A stretch of 64,000 nucleotides of DNA from Planctomycetota bacterium (lineage in GTDB: Bacteria > Planctomycetota > B15-G4 > SIAN01). Of this stretch, positions 1 through 9,352 are shown in pieces. Position 1 is the stretch's first letter. Every line of letters begins with the position of its first letter. The DNA lies in assembly GCA_031409275.1 (NCBI GenBank), contig JANNXA010000055.1, positions 320,001-384,000 on the forward strand, written 5' to 3'. The notes below the pieces were generated by a model. It was not told where the DNA came from. It searched no databases and saw nothing but the letters and a program-made list of their open reading frames with translations. Both the position numbers and the translations under genes were made by a program.

Positions 1-1
1 C

Positions 2-1684
2 GAGCTCTTTGCGCTGGAAGCGTCGCTTGGGCGCGCGGCCGCCGCGGGCGCCCGGCTCGACGTCGATGCGGTCGTGAAGTCGTGCCTCGACCAGCTCGCG
101 CCGCGCCAGGGCGAGCCGCCACGCGACATGTTCTTCCGCTGGTTCGGCGACCATCCCTTCGTGCCGACGCGCGTCGACACGCTCTCCACCTTCGGGATGG
201 ACGTCGACACCGCGAGCTACAACCTCGTGCGCAGCTACCTCGAGAAGGGGACGCTGCCGCCCAAGGTGGCCGTTCGCACCGAGGAGTTCGTCAACGCGTT
301 CCGCCAGGAGCTCGCGGCGCCGGCGGCGGACAGCAACGACGTCTTCGCGATCACCACGGAACTCGCGCCAAGCCCGTTCGGAGGCGAAGGGCGCCACCTG
401 CTGCGCGTCGGCCTGAAGGCGCGCGAGATCGCGAAGGAGGCGCGCAAACCCGCCGCGCTCACCTTCATCCTCGATGTCTCGGGCTCGATGGAAGAGGGCG
501 GGCGCCTCGAACTCGTGAAGCAATCGCTGCGGCTGCTCGTGGCGCAGCTCGATGAGCGCGACACGATCGGCATCGTCGTCTTCTCCGAGAACGCGCGGCG
601 CGCGCTGCCGCCGACGCGCGCCTCCGATGCCGCGCGCATCTTCGCGGTGCTCGACTCCTTCCGCCCGGAGCAGTCGACCAACGCCGACGCCGGCCTGCGT
701 CTGGGCTACGAGATGGCGGTCGAGCAGCTGCGCCCCGACGCCGACAACCGCGTCATCCTCTGCTCCGACGGAGTCGCCAACGCGGGCATCACCGATCCCG
801 CCTGGCTCTCGGCGCGCATCCGTGAGTGCAAGGGCAAGCGCATCTACCTCACGTCGATCGGCGTCGGCATGGGCAACCACAACGACGCGCTGATGGAGCA
901 ACTCGCGGACGAGGGCGACGGGCAGTGCCACTACGTCGACGACCTCGCCGAGGCGAAGCAGATCTTCGTCGACGGCCTGACCGGCACCCTCTCGACGGTG
1001 GCACGCGACGCCAAGATCCAGGTCGAGTTCGATCCACTTGCCGTGCGCGCCTTCCGGCAGCTCGGCTACGAGAATCGGGCGATCGCTCACGCCAACTTCC
1101 GCAATGACCGCGTCGACGCGGGCGAGGTGGGCGCCGGCCAGTCGGTGGTGGCGCTCTACGAGGTCGAGCTCGCCGCGGACGCAACCGGGCCACTGGCGAC
1201 CGTGCGCTGCCGCTACGAGGATCCGCGCAACGCCACCGTGCGCGAACAGGCGCGCCTCGCCTTCGCCGCGGAGTCGGGAGCCACCGTTGCCGCGATGCCG
1301 GCACGCTGGCGGCTCGATGCCGCGGTGGCCGAGTTCGCCGAGCTGCTGCGCCAGAGCGTCCATGCTCGCGACGGCTCCTTCGGTGCGGTCGAACGGCTGG
1401 CCGAACCGCTGGTGGCCGAGCTGCCGGGAGATGCCGACGTGGCCGAGTTCGTCGCGCTGGTGAAGCAGGCGGCGCGACTGCCCGATCTCCTGCCGCGTCG
1501 CACCGAGCTCACCCGCTGCGTCGACGAGATCAAGAAGGTGCGCTGCTGGCAGCGGGAACTCGAACAGAGCGACCCGCCGCAGCGGCAGGCCAACTCCGCG
1601 CTGATGCAGCAGCTCGAGGAGCAGAATCGCAAGCTCGAGCAGGCGCTGCGCGACGCGCTGGCGAACGCGGCCAACGCGCGTTGA
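2..1684 (+). CDS. vWA-domain protein (YfbK-like; vWF_A N-part + VWA + DUF3520-like), 5' end truncated by window
   Basis: Frame is open from base 2. Motifs STFGMDVDTASY, VRTEEFVN, MIDAS DVSGSM, SDGVAN, GYENR, VDAGEVGAG are typical of YfbK-like proteins; extra C-terminal coiled coil. Confidence 0.88.
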   Translation, partial: ELFALEASLGRAAAAGARLDVDAVVKSCLDQLAPRQGEPPRDMFFRWFGDHPFVPTRVDTLSTFGMDVDTASYNLVRSYLEKGTLPPKVAVRTEEFVNAFRQELAAPAADSNDVFAITTELAPSPFGGEGRHLLRVGLKAREIAKEARKPAALTFILDVSGSMEEGGRLELVKQSLRLLVAQLDERDTIGIVVFSENARRALPPTRASDAARIFAVLDSFRPEQSTNADAGLRLGYEMAVEQLRPDADNRVILCSDGVANAGITDPAWLSARIRECKGKRIYLTSIGVGMGNHNDALMEQLADEGDGQCHYVDDLAEAKQIFVDGLTGTLSTVARDAKIQVEFDPLAVRAFRQLGYENRAIAHANFRNDRVDAGEVGAGQSVVALYEVELAADATGPLATVRCRYEDPRNATVREQARLAFAAESGATVAAMPARWRLDAAVAEFAELLRQSVHARDGSFGAVERLAEPLVAELPGDADVAEFVALVKQAARLPDLLPRRTELTRCVDEIKKVRCWQRELEQSDPPQRQANSALMQQLEEQNRKLEQALRDALANAANAR

Positions 1685-1724
1685 GAACACCGGCCGCTCG
1701 CCTGGGAATTGCGCTTCGCCCGCC

Positions 1725-1887
1725 TGATTCTTGAGTCCCTGCTGCGGCTCGGCCTGTCGACGCATGACATCGTCGGAAAACCGCGCTCCTTCCTCAGCGG
1801 GTCGTCAGACCCGCATCGTCGGAGCCGCGCTTTCCCTCCTCGTCCTGCGCCGACATGCAGTCGCCTCGCGACGGGGCTCCTGAATCA
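1725..1887. repeat. ~160-bp structured intergenic element (REP/MITE-like) between convergent genes
   Basis: Imperfect terminal inverted repeats TGATTCttGAGTCCC / GGGGCTCctGAATCA; internal direct repeats CATCGTCGGA..CCGCGCT at 1768 and 1814; perfect hairpin GCGGGTC-gtca-GACCCGC at 1797-1814. Confidence 0.45.
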
Positions 1888-3777
1888 AGCGGGCGAGCGA
1901 GCGATCTGCGCCAGGCCCACGAACCAGAAGCTCCACGCCGCCAGGCCGGCGAGGACCACCGCGACCACCGCCAGGACGCGCGCGGGGATCCGCTGCAGGC
2001 CGGCGTCGAGGCCGATGGTCAGCGTGGCCAGCATCGGAAAGAGGTAGCGCCCCTGCGGCGGCATGAAGTAGGTCCAGGCGTGCCAGATCGCTTGCGCCAC
2101 CGTCGCGACGATCATCAGCGCAGTCAGGAGCAGCAGCGGTCGCTCGGCCCGCGCGGCCGTCCGCCAGCTGTGGACGAAGCCCAGGACGAGCAGCAGCGTG
2201 ATCAGCAGCACGGCGAGGTCGTAGTAGGCGGGCTGGGCCACGTGCCCGATCTGGCCGTAGGTCCCCGTGGCCGTCTCCACCATCGGTCGGACCCAGTCGG
2301 GCCGCTCGAACAGTTCGGAGAGCGGCACCCCGCGGTCGCGCAGGTAGCGACCGGGATGGCCGACGCCGGCGATCGCGCCGGAACGGGTGAGCCACGGGTC
2401 GGCGCGCGTTTCGACGAACGCCTCGACGCGGCGCGCGTAGTCGAAGCCGTTGATCGACTCCACGTAGAGCCAGCGCACGCCGAAGCAGAGCGCCGGGATC
2501 GCGGCGACCTTCACCACGGCGCGTAGCAGGCGCGGCCACTCCTCGCGAGCCACGCGCGCCCGCAGTCCGAGCGCAAGCGCGGCGAGGCAGAAAGGGACGA
2601 AGATCCGGTAGTTCGCCTTCGAGCAGGCGAGCAGCCCCAGCACGACGGCGAGCGCGCTCCAGCGGATGCGGCCGATCGCGCGTCCGCCCGACGCCGCCGC
2701 GTCGCCGATCGACACCACCAACGCAGCGGCCAGCAGCGACAACGCGAGCGGGAGGCCGTCGCCGTTGAAGTAGCAGTAGACGTACCAGACCTGCGGCGAG
2801 GCGATCAGCAGCAGCAGCAGCGCCGGCTGGCGCGGCGCGCGCCACGCGGCCAGCACGAGCAGCAGCGCCAACAGCGCGACTTGAAACGCTCGCAACGCCG
2901 CTTCGGACGGCTCGGCGAGGAGCGCGAGGAATCGCCCCGCAATCGCATAGACGACGTCGAGTTCGAAGAGGTAGCTGCGCCCCCAGCGCGGGATGAGCGT
3001 GTCGTCGAGCGATGGGTCGCCGATCGGCACCGGCAACCAGTGGCTCACGTGGAACCCCGCCGCCGCCGCGTGCCCCCACTCGTCGGGATGGGCGAGGTGG
3101 CCCGAGACGGCGGCCATCGCCACCACCGCGCCGAGCACGAGGAGCGCGATCGCTCCCGCGATGCACCGCACGCTCGTGAGTCGCTGCACGCTCGCCCAGG
3201 GCACGGCCACGCGTCCCGCGCGCCAGACGCTCGCGGCGAGCCACCCCACGAGGAGCGCGACGAACAGCATGAAGAGCTGCAACGAGCGCAGCGCCGGCGA
3301 GCGCGGCAGCAACGGGAAGGCGACGCGGATCACGGCGTGGCCGCTCTCGGTGGCCGTCGCACGGATCGTCAGCCCATCGGCTTCGCGCACGTGATCGACC
3401 CCGCCCCGCTTGCCGACCGCGCGCGCACGCGTCTCTTCGAGGATCGACTCGCCGTCGAGCACGGCGAACCGCGAGAGCAGGACGCTCGCGCCTGCTGGGA
3501 TCTCGAGCTGCGCCGCGGTGATGAAGCGCGGTGGCAACGTGAAGTCGACGTCGACGAGCTCTGCGCTGGCCGGCAGCTCCCGCTCCTCGCGCCAAGGCGG
3601 CCGGGACTCGCCGCAGGCGAGCTGCAGCGCGATCACCACCGGCGCGTCCATGCGCAACGAAAGACGCAACGTCGTCGGCGCCGGCGCAACGAGGAGCCAG
3701 GACGCGACGGCGAGCACGCCGACCAGCAGCGCCCCCACCGCGACGCGCGTCACTCCACGCGAGGAACCGGTCGTCAC
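1885..3777 (-). CDS. Multi-pass membrane GT-C fold glycosyltransferase-like protein (DUF2142/ArnT-like)
   Basis: Many hydrophobic helices; HPDEWGH after a TM helix, YFNGD, QGRYLFP motifs. GTG start at 3777 overlaps the upstream stop (GTGA). Confidence 0.7.
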   Translation of the reverse strand: MTTGSSRGVTRVAVGALLVGVLAVASWLLVAPAPTTLRLSLRMDAPVVIALQLACGESRPPWREERELPASAELVDVDFTLPPRFITAAQLEIPAGASVLLSRFAVLDGESILEETRARAVGKRGGVDHVREADGLTIRATATESGHAVIRVAFPLLPRSPALRSLQLFMLFVALLVGWLAASVWRAGRVAVPWASVQRLTSVRCIAGAIALLVLGAVVAMAAVSGHLAHPDEWGHAAAAGFHVSHWLPVPIGDPSLDDTLIPRWGRSYLFELDVVYAIAGRFLALLAEPSEAALRAFQVALLALLLVLAAWRAPRQPALLLLLIASPQVWYVYCYFNGDGLPLALSLLAAALVVSIGDAAASGGRAIGRIRWSALAVVLGLLACSKANYRIFVPFCLAALALGLRARVAREEWPRLLRAVVKVAAIPALCFGVRWLYVESINGFDYARRVEAFVETRADPWLTRSGAIAGVGHPGRYLRDRGVPLSELFERPDWVRPMVETATGTYGQIGHVAQPAYYDLAVLLITLLLVLGFVHSWRTAARAERPLLLLTALMIVATVAQAIWHAWTYFMPPQGRYLFPMLATLTIGLDAGLQRIPARVLAVVAVVLAGLAAWSFWFVGLAQIARSPA

Positions 3778-4316
3778 GCGTCGAGGCTCCGGACGACGCG
3801 CGCCGGGACGCCCGCCACCACGCTGCGCGGAGGCACGTCGTCGACCACCACGCTGCCGGCGGCCACGAACGACTCGCGCCCGATGCGGCGGCCCGGAAGG
3901 ATCGTCGCATTCGCGCCGACGAAGCAGCCGCTCTCGAAGACCGTTCCCGCCACCATCGAGGGGAACGCACGCTGCAGCGGATGGTCGCGGTAGCCGACGT
4001 TCAGGTGGGTCAGGACGACGACGCGCGCCGCGATCGTGACGTCGTCCGCGAGCTCGATCCCCTCCGCGAGGTCGAGCAGGCATCCATCGCCGAGGAAGCA
4101 ACGGCGGCCGAGGCGCAGACCCGCGAGCCCGCGCCGGTCGAGATTGGTGAAGCGGACGTCATGCAGGATCGAGTCCGCCCCGATCGTCGCACCGAGCAGC
4201 CGCAGCCAGACCGCACGCAGCTGCGGGAAGAGCGCGAGCCGGTACGGCACCATGGCCAAGGTGACGAACCCGAAGCGCGCGGCGCGACGCCAGCCGATCT
4301 CGTCGAGGGCCTTCAC
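3774..4316 (-). CDS. Hexapeptide-repeat (LbH) sugar O-acyltransferase
   Basis: LbH repeats, THxxVG, GANATILPG, VAAGSVV..DVPP..VVAGVPARVVR. GTG start with GAGGTG RBS. Confidence 0.88.
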   Translation of the reverse strand: MKALDEIGWRRAARFGFVTLAMVPYRLALFPQLRAVWLRLLGATIGADSILHDVRFTNLDRRGLAGLRLGRRCFLGDGCLLDLAEGIELADDVTIAARVVVLTHLNVGYRDHPLQRAFPSMVAGTVFESGCFVGANATILPGRRIGRESFVAAGSVVVDDVPPRSVVAGVPARVVRSLDA

Positions 4317-4523
4317 GCGACACCTCGACGATTCGCCGCCGGCCCGGAGCGCTCGACCGTCGCCTCGTGGTTGCGCTCGTCGTCCACTGGACTCTCCGCA
4401 GGTCGCTCCGACACCCGGCGCGTGTCGGCGAACCGCGAAGCCGGGTCGGCCGGAATCTACTGGGAAGGGAGGGCGACGACGAGTGGAGCCGCTCGTCGAT
4501 CGCGCGCTGCGGCGACGGGCCTC

Positions 4524-4559
4524 TTGTCGAGGTGATCCATCCATCGCTATATCGCGATG
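4524..4559 (+). promoter_or_regulatory. Putative sigma70-type promoter (TTGTCG-N18-TATATC) with palindromic operator CATCGC-N6-GCGATG over the -10 box
   Basis: Perfect 6-bp inverted repeat 4542-4559 centred on TATATC, ending 5 bp before the ATG of the ArsR-MTase regulator. Confidence 0.6.
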
Positions 4560-4564
4560 CACTG

Positions 4565-5554
4565 ATGGCCACTTTGAACGACACCAGCCGCGCCCTTAAG
4601 GCGCTCGCCGACCCGACTCGATTGCGCCTGCTGCACCTGCTGTCGCAGCACGAGCTGTCGGTGGCGGAGCTGACGCGCATCGTCGGGGCCGGCCAGTCGA
4701 CCGTCTCGCAGCACCTCGCGCAGCTGCGCAAGGCGGGACTGCTCGCCGATCGCAAGGACGGGGCGCGCTGCTACTACTCGCGCACCGCGCAGACGAGCGC
4801 CGCCAGCCAGGCGTGGAGCGAGCTTTCCGACGCCATCGCCGGTTCCGAAGAGGCGCTCCACGATGACGCCGCGCTCGCCGAGGTCCTCGCCGCTCGCGAG
4901 CAGGAGGCGCGCGCCTACTTCGACCGCATCGCCGACGCCATCGAGCACGAGTACCTGCCCGGCCGGACTTGGGAAGGGCTCGCGAAGGCGCTGGTCCGGC
5001 TGCTGCCGCGCGCGAAGGTGGCCGACCTCGGCATCGGCGGCGGCGAGCTCACCCTGCTGCTGTGCGATGCCAGCGAGCGCGTCATCGGCGTCGACTCGAG
5101 CGAGGCGATGCTGGCGCGCGTGCGCGCCAAGGCGGCGAAGGCGGGCGTCGCGAACCTCGAACTGCGCCACGGCGAGATCGAGGCGCTGCCGTTGCGCGAT
5201 GGCGAAGTCGGGCTCGTCGTCCTCTCGCAGGCGCTCCACCACGCCACGCTGCCTCAACGCGCGCTGGCCGAGGCGTTCCGCGTGCTCGCGCCCGGCGGCC
5301 GCCTGCTGGTGCTCGACCTGCTGAAGCACAAGGAGCGCTGGACCGCGGTCAAGTTCCAGGACCGCTGGCAGGGCTTCCACGAGCGCGAACTGCACGAATG
5401 GCTCGCCGAAGCGGGCTTTCGCGACATCTCCACCGCGATCGTCGCGCGCGAACGACAGCCCCCCTTCTTCCAGACCCTGCTTGCACTGGCCGCGAAACCG
5501 CAACGTGCCGCGATCGACGACAAACCGCGTCAACGCCCCGCGAGGAAACGATGA
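4565..5554 (+). CDS. sahR: ArsR-HTH + SAM-binding methyltransferase-domain transcriptional regulator (SahR/SamR-like)
   Basis: N-terminal KALADPTRLRLL..ELSVAEL..QSTVSQHLAQL; C-terminal DLGIGGG SAM motif, LHH, LAPGGRL. Translationally coupled (ATGA) to metH. Confidence 0.85.
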   Translation: MATLNDTSRALKALADPTRLRLLHLLSQHELSVAELTRIVGAGQSTVSQHLAQLRKAGLLADRKDGARCYYSRTAQTSAASQAWSELSDAIAGSEEALHDDAALAEVLAAREQEARAYFDRIADAIEHEYLPGRTWEGLAKALVRLLPRAKVADLGIGGGELTLLLCDASERVIGVDSSEAMLARVRAKAAKAGVANLELRHGEIEALPLRDGEVGLVVLSQALHHATLPQRALAEAFRVLAPGGRLLVLDLLKHKERWTAVKFQDRWQGFHERELHEWLAEAGFRDISTAIVARERQPPFFQTLLALAAKPQRAAIDDKPRQRPARKR

Positions 5555-8500
5555 AGCGTCCACCGCTCCCCGAGCTCGCCCGCCAGCGCGTCGTGATCTT
5601 CGACGGCGGCATGGGTACGTCGTTGATGAACCGCAAGCTGCCGCTCGCCGACTACCTCGACTGCGAGAACTGCTCGGAGACGGTGAACCTCGGCCGCCCG
5701 GACGTGATCGAGTCGATCCACCGCGACTTCTTCGCCGCTGGCAGCGACGCGGTCGAGACCAACACGTTCGGCGCCAATGAAGTGGTGCTGGCCGAGTTCA
5801 ACCTCGCGGCACGGACGCGCGAGATCAACCGCATCGCGGCGCAGCTGGCGCGCAAGGCAGCCGACGCCTTCGAGACGGCGGAACGGCCGCGCTACGTCGT
5901 CGGATCGATCGGGCCCGGCACGCGGCTGCCGTCGCTCGGCCACACCACCTTCGCAGTGCTCGAGAAAAGCTACCACGAGCAGACGCAGGGGCTCCTCGAC
6001 GGCGACGTCGACGCGGTGCTGATCGAGACGTGCCAGGACATCCTGCAGACCAAGGCCGCGCTGTGCGGAGTGCTCGCAGCCTTCGAGGCGCGCAAGAAGC
6101 GCGTGCCGATCATGGTGCAGGTCACCATGGAGACCACCGGCACGATGCTGGTCGGCACCGAGCTGTCGGCGGCGCTCGTCGCGCTCGAGCCCTATCCCAT
6201 CGACGTGATCGGGCTGAACTGCGCGACGGGCCCGCAGGAGATGGGCGAACACGTGGCCTACCTCTGCCGCCACGCGCCGATGCTGGTCTCCTGCCAGCCC
6301 AACGCCGGCCTGCCGCAGATGGTCGACGGTCAGCCCCACTACCCGCTCAAGCCGGCCGACCTCGCGCGCTGGCTCGAACGGTTCGTGCGCGAGGATGGCG
6401 TGCGCATCGTCGGCGGCTGCTGCGGCACCACGCCCGAACACCTGCGCGCCGTGGCGAAGGCGTGCGCCGGGCTGGCTCCGGCCGCGCAGTCGCCGACCTG
6501 GGTGCCATCGTTGTCGAGCCTCTACGGCGCGGTGACGATCCGCCAAGACAGCTCGTTCCTGATCATCGGCGAGCGCACCAACGCCAACGGCAGCAAGCAG
6601 TTCAAGAAGCTGCTGGAGAAGGGCGACCACGACGGCATGGTCGCGATGGGACGCGAGCAGCTCGCCGAGGGAGCGCACGTCGTCGATCTCTGCACGGCCT
6701 ACGTCGGACGCGACGAGGTGGTCGACATGTGCGACGCGGTGAAGCGTTTCTCGACGCAGGTCTCCGCCCCGCTCTCGATCGATTCGACCGAGGCGCCGGT
6801 GCTCGAGGCCGCGCTCGCGCTCTGCGGCGGCCGCTCGCTGATCAACTCGATCCACATGGAGGATGGCGAGGAGCGCATGGCTCGCGTCCTGCCGCTCGCG
6901 AAGAAGTTCGGCGCCGCCGTCGTCGCGCTGACCATCGACGAGAAGGGGATGGCGAAGGAGCGCGACGAGAAGGTCGCGGTCGCCGAGCGCATCGTCGGTC
7001 TCGCCTGCCGCAAATGGGGCCTGCGCCCCTCCGACATCCTGATCGACCCGCTCACCTTCACCATCTGCACCGGCAACGAGGACGACCGCAAGCTCGGCCT
7101 TTGGACGCTCGAAGGGATCGAGCAGATCAAGCAGCGGATGCCGGAATGCCACACGCTGCTCGGCCTGTCGAACATCTCGTTCGGGCTGAAGCCGCCGGCG
7201 CGCCACGTGCTCAACTCCGTCTTCCTCCACCATGCACGCCTGCGTGGACTCGACGCCGCGATCGTCCACGCGGCGAAGATCAAGCCGCTCTACCAGATCC
7301 CGGAACAGCACCGGCAGGTGGCCGAGGACCTGATCTTCGATCGGCGCCGCCCGAGCTACGACCCGCTGCACGAGCTGATCGGCCTGTTCGAGAACGTCGT
7401 CGAGGAGCGGTCGGCGCGGCCGGTCGCGCTCAGCATCGAAGAGCGCCTGAAGGAGCGCATCGTCCGCGGCGAGCGGCCGGGCATCGAAGTCGACCTCGAG
7501 CAGGCGCTCGAGCGCTACGCGCCGCTCGCGATCATCAACGACCTGCTGCTCGACGGCATGAAGACGGTCGGCGAGCTGTTCGCCAGCGGCGAGATGCAGC
7601 TGCCCTTCGTGCTGCAGTCGGCGGAGACGATGAAAGCGGCGGTCGCTTTCCTCGAACCGAAGATGGAGCGCAAAGCGGGCGACAGCAAGGGACGCATCGT
7701 GCTCGCCACCGTGCGCGGCGACGTCCACGACATCGGCAAGAACCTCGTCGACATCATCCTCAGCAACAACGGCTACACGATCTACAACCTCGGCATCAAG
7801 CAGCCGCTCTCGACGATGCTGGAAGCGGCGCGGACGCATGCCGCCCACGCCATCGGCATGTCGGGACTGCTGGTGAAGTCGACGGTCGTGATGAAGGAGA
7901 ACCTCGAGGAGATGAACCGGCTCGGCATCACCTTGCCGGTGATCCTCGGTGGCGCGGCGCTCACCCGCGGCTACGTCGAGCGCGACCTGCGCGCGATCTA
8001 CAAGGGGCCGTTGTCGTACGCACGCGACGCGTTCGAGGGGCTCGAGCTCGCCGGTCGCATCTGCGCGTCCGAGCCGGTGAGCGCGCAGGCGAGCACCGCG
8101 GCGGCGACGGCCCTCGCGAGCGGCGCCGCCGGTGCCGAGGATGCCCGGCAGGACGCCGGTGCCGCCGCCGAGGCAGCGAGCGCCGGGCTCGCGCCGGTCG
8201 AACTGCCGCGCACCTTCTCGCTGCGCGAGCGGCCGATCGTCCACGACGAGGCGCTCGCGCCTCCCGTCGTGCTCGACGTGGTCCCGGTTCCCGACGTGCC
8301 GTTCTTCGGCACGCGCGTGGTCGAGAAGATCTCGCTGCAGTCGCTCGTCCCGCTGATGAACGAGCGCCTCCTGTTCCAGTTCCAGTGGGGCTTCAAACGC
8401 GGCGCCCACAGCGAGGCGGAATGGAAGGCGCAGCTCGAGGAGCACGCCCGGCCGGCCTACCTCGAATTGCTGAAGCGTTGCGCGCAGGAGGAGATCCTGC

Positions 8501-9078
8501 AACCGAAGGCGATCTACGGCCTCTTCCCGTGCCAGAGCGTCGGCGAAACGCTGATCGTGTACGACGAGACGGCCACGCGCGAGGTCGCGCGCATGTACTT
8601 CCCGCGCCAACTGCGCGGGGCGCGCCGCTGCATCGCCGACTTCTTCCGACCGGTCGACTCCGGCGAGATGGACGTGATCGGCATCCAGCTCGTCACGGTC
8701 GGCCAGCGCGCCAGCGACATCGCGCGCACCTGGTTTCGCGCCAACCGCTACCGCGACTACCTCTACCTGCACGGCCTGTCGGTCGAGATGGCGGAGGCGC
8801 TCGCCGAGTACATCCACCGCCAGATCCGCAGCGACCTCGGCATCGCCGGCGAAGACGCGCGCGACCTCGGCGCGATGCTGCGGCAGGGCTACCACGGCTC
8901 GCGCTACAGCTTCGGCTACCCAGCGTGCCCCGACCTCTCGATGCAGACCGTGCTGAACCGGCTGCTCGGGGCGCATCGCATCGGCGTGACGCTGAGCGAG
9001 GAGTTCCAGCTCGATCCGGAGCAGAGCACCTCGGCGATCGTGGTGCACCACCGGCAGGCGAAGTACTTCGCGGTTTGA
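5551..9078 (+). CDS. metH: Cobalamin-dependent methionine synthase
   Basis: DGGMGT, GLNC and GGCC Zn ligands, IGERTNANGSK pterin domain, DVHDIGKN B12 motif, RYSFGYPACPDL activation domain. Confidence 0.97.
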   Translation: MKRPPLPELARQRVVIFDGGMGTSLMNRKLPLADYLDCENCSETVNLGRPDVIESIHRDFFAAGSDAVETNTFGANEVVLAEFNLAARTREINRIAAQLARKAADAFETAERPRYVVGSIGPGTRLPSLGHTTFAVLEKSYHEQTQGLLDGDVDAVLIETCQDILQTKAALCGVLAAFEARKKRVPIMVQVTMETTGTMLVGTELSAALVALEPYPIDVIGLNCATGPQEMGEHVAYLCRHAPMLVSCQPNAGLPQMVDGQPHYPLKPADLARWLERFVREDGVRIVGGCCGTTPEHLRAVAKACAGLAPAAQSPTWVPSLSSLYGAVTIRQDSSFLIIGERTNANGSKQFKKLLEKGDHDGMVAMGREQLAEGAHVVDLCTAYVGRDEVVDMCDAVKRFSTQVSAPLSIDSTEAPVLEAALALCGGRSLINSIHMEDGEERMARVLPLAKKFGAAVVALTIDEKGMAKERDEKVAVAERIVGLACRKWGLRPSDILIDPLTFTICTGNEDDRKLGLWTLEGIEQIKQRMPECHTLLGLSNISFGLKPPARHVLNSVFLHHARLRGLDAAIVHAAKIKPLYQIPEQHRQVAEDLIFDRRRPSYDPLHELIGLFENVVEERSARPVALSIEERLKERIVRGERPGIEVDLEQALERYAPLAIINDLLLDGMKTVGELFASGEMQLPFVLQSAETMKAAVAFLEPKMERKAGDSKGRIVLATVRGDVHDIGKNLVDIILSNNGYTIYNLGIKQPLSTMLEAARTHAAHAIGMSGLLVKSTVVMKENLEEMNRLGITLPVILGGAALTRGYVERDLRAIYKGPLSYARDAFEGLELAGRICASEPVSAQASTAAATALASGAAGAEDARQDAGAAAEAASAGLAPVELPRTFSLRERPIVHDEALAPPVVLDVVPVPDVPFFGTRVVEKISLQSLVPLMNERLLFQFQWGFKRGAHSEAEWKAQLEEHARPAYLELLKRCAQEEILQPKAIYGLFPCQSVGETLIVYDETATREVARMYFPRQLRGARRCIADFFRPVDSGEMDVIGIQLVTVGQRASDIARTWFRANRYRDYLYLHGLSVEMAEALAEYIHRQIRSDLGIAGEDARDLGAMLRQGYHGSRYSFGYPACPDLSMQTVLNRLLGAHRIGVTLSEEFQLDPEQSTSAIVVHHRQAKYFAV

Positions 9079-9291
9079 AGCCGACGGGGGCTGCGGCCCC
9101 CGCGGCTCAAACCGTCGAAGACGAGACCGCGCGGTGCGCGGCTCGCTTCGACTGCGTTGCACCTGACGATCGGCGCGGCGCGCCGCTCGCAGGTGAACCG
9201 GGGGCGGGGTGGTGGGCGTGCGGCTGCGGGTACGCAGCGCACGGCGAGAGCGGGACGGGGGTGGAGGTGCGGCTGCGGGGACGCAGCGCGC
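9071..9291. repeat. Array of five bulged hairpins downstream of metH
   Basis: Hairpins at 9071-9114, 9114-9152 and 9160-9195 have 5'-arm A bulges. Two near-identical hairpins GTGCGGCTGCGGG(T/G)ACGCAGCGC(A/G)C lie at 9218-9242 and 9267-9291. Confidence 0.75.
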
Positions 9292-9352
9292 AGAACGGCA
9301 GAGTCGGGAATTGGGAGCAGGCGGACGGAGCGGCGGTAAGTTGCTCGGCCCT

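Noticed and set aside
4969..5550. Apparent N-terminal extension making MetH 1369 aa
   Set aside because: It overlaps the regulator gene; the true start is ATG 5551 (ATGA coupling, GAGGA RBS). The same applies to ORF-track extensions of addA, the anti-sigma, GGDEF, ProDH and Dch.
8060..8200. Ala-rich insertion in MetH as a possible intein or mobile insert
   Set aside because: Low-complexity linker between the B12-binding and activation domains; no intein terminal motifs.
9071..9310. CRISPR array or cobalamin/SAM riboswitch after metH
   Set aside because: No identical repeats with unique spacers and no cas genes. I could not recognise B12-box or SAM riboswitch consensus. Kept only as an unexplained hairpin array.
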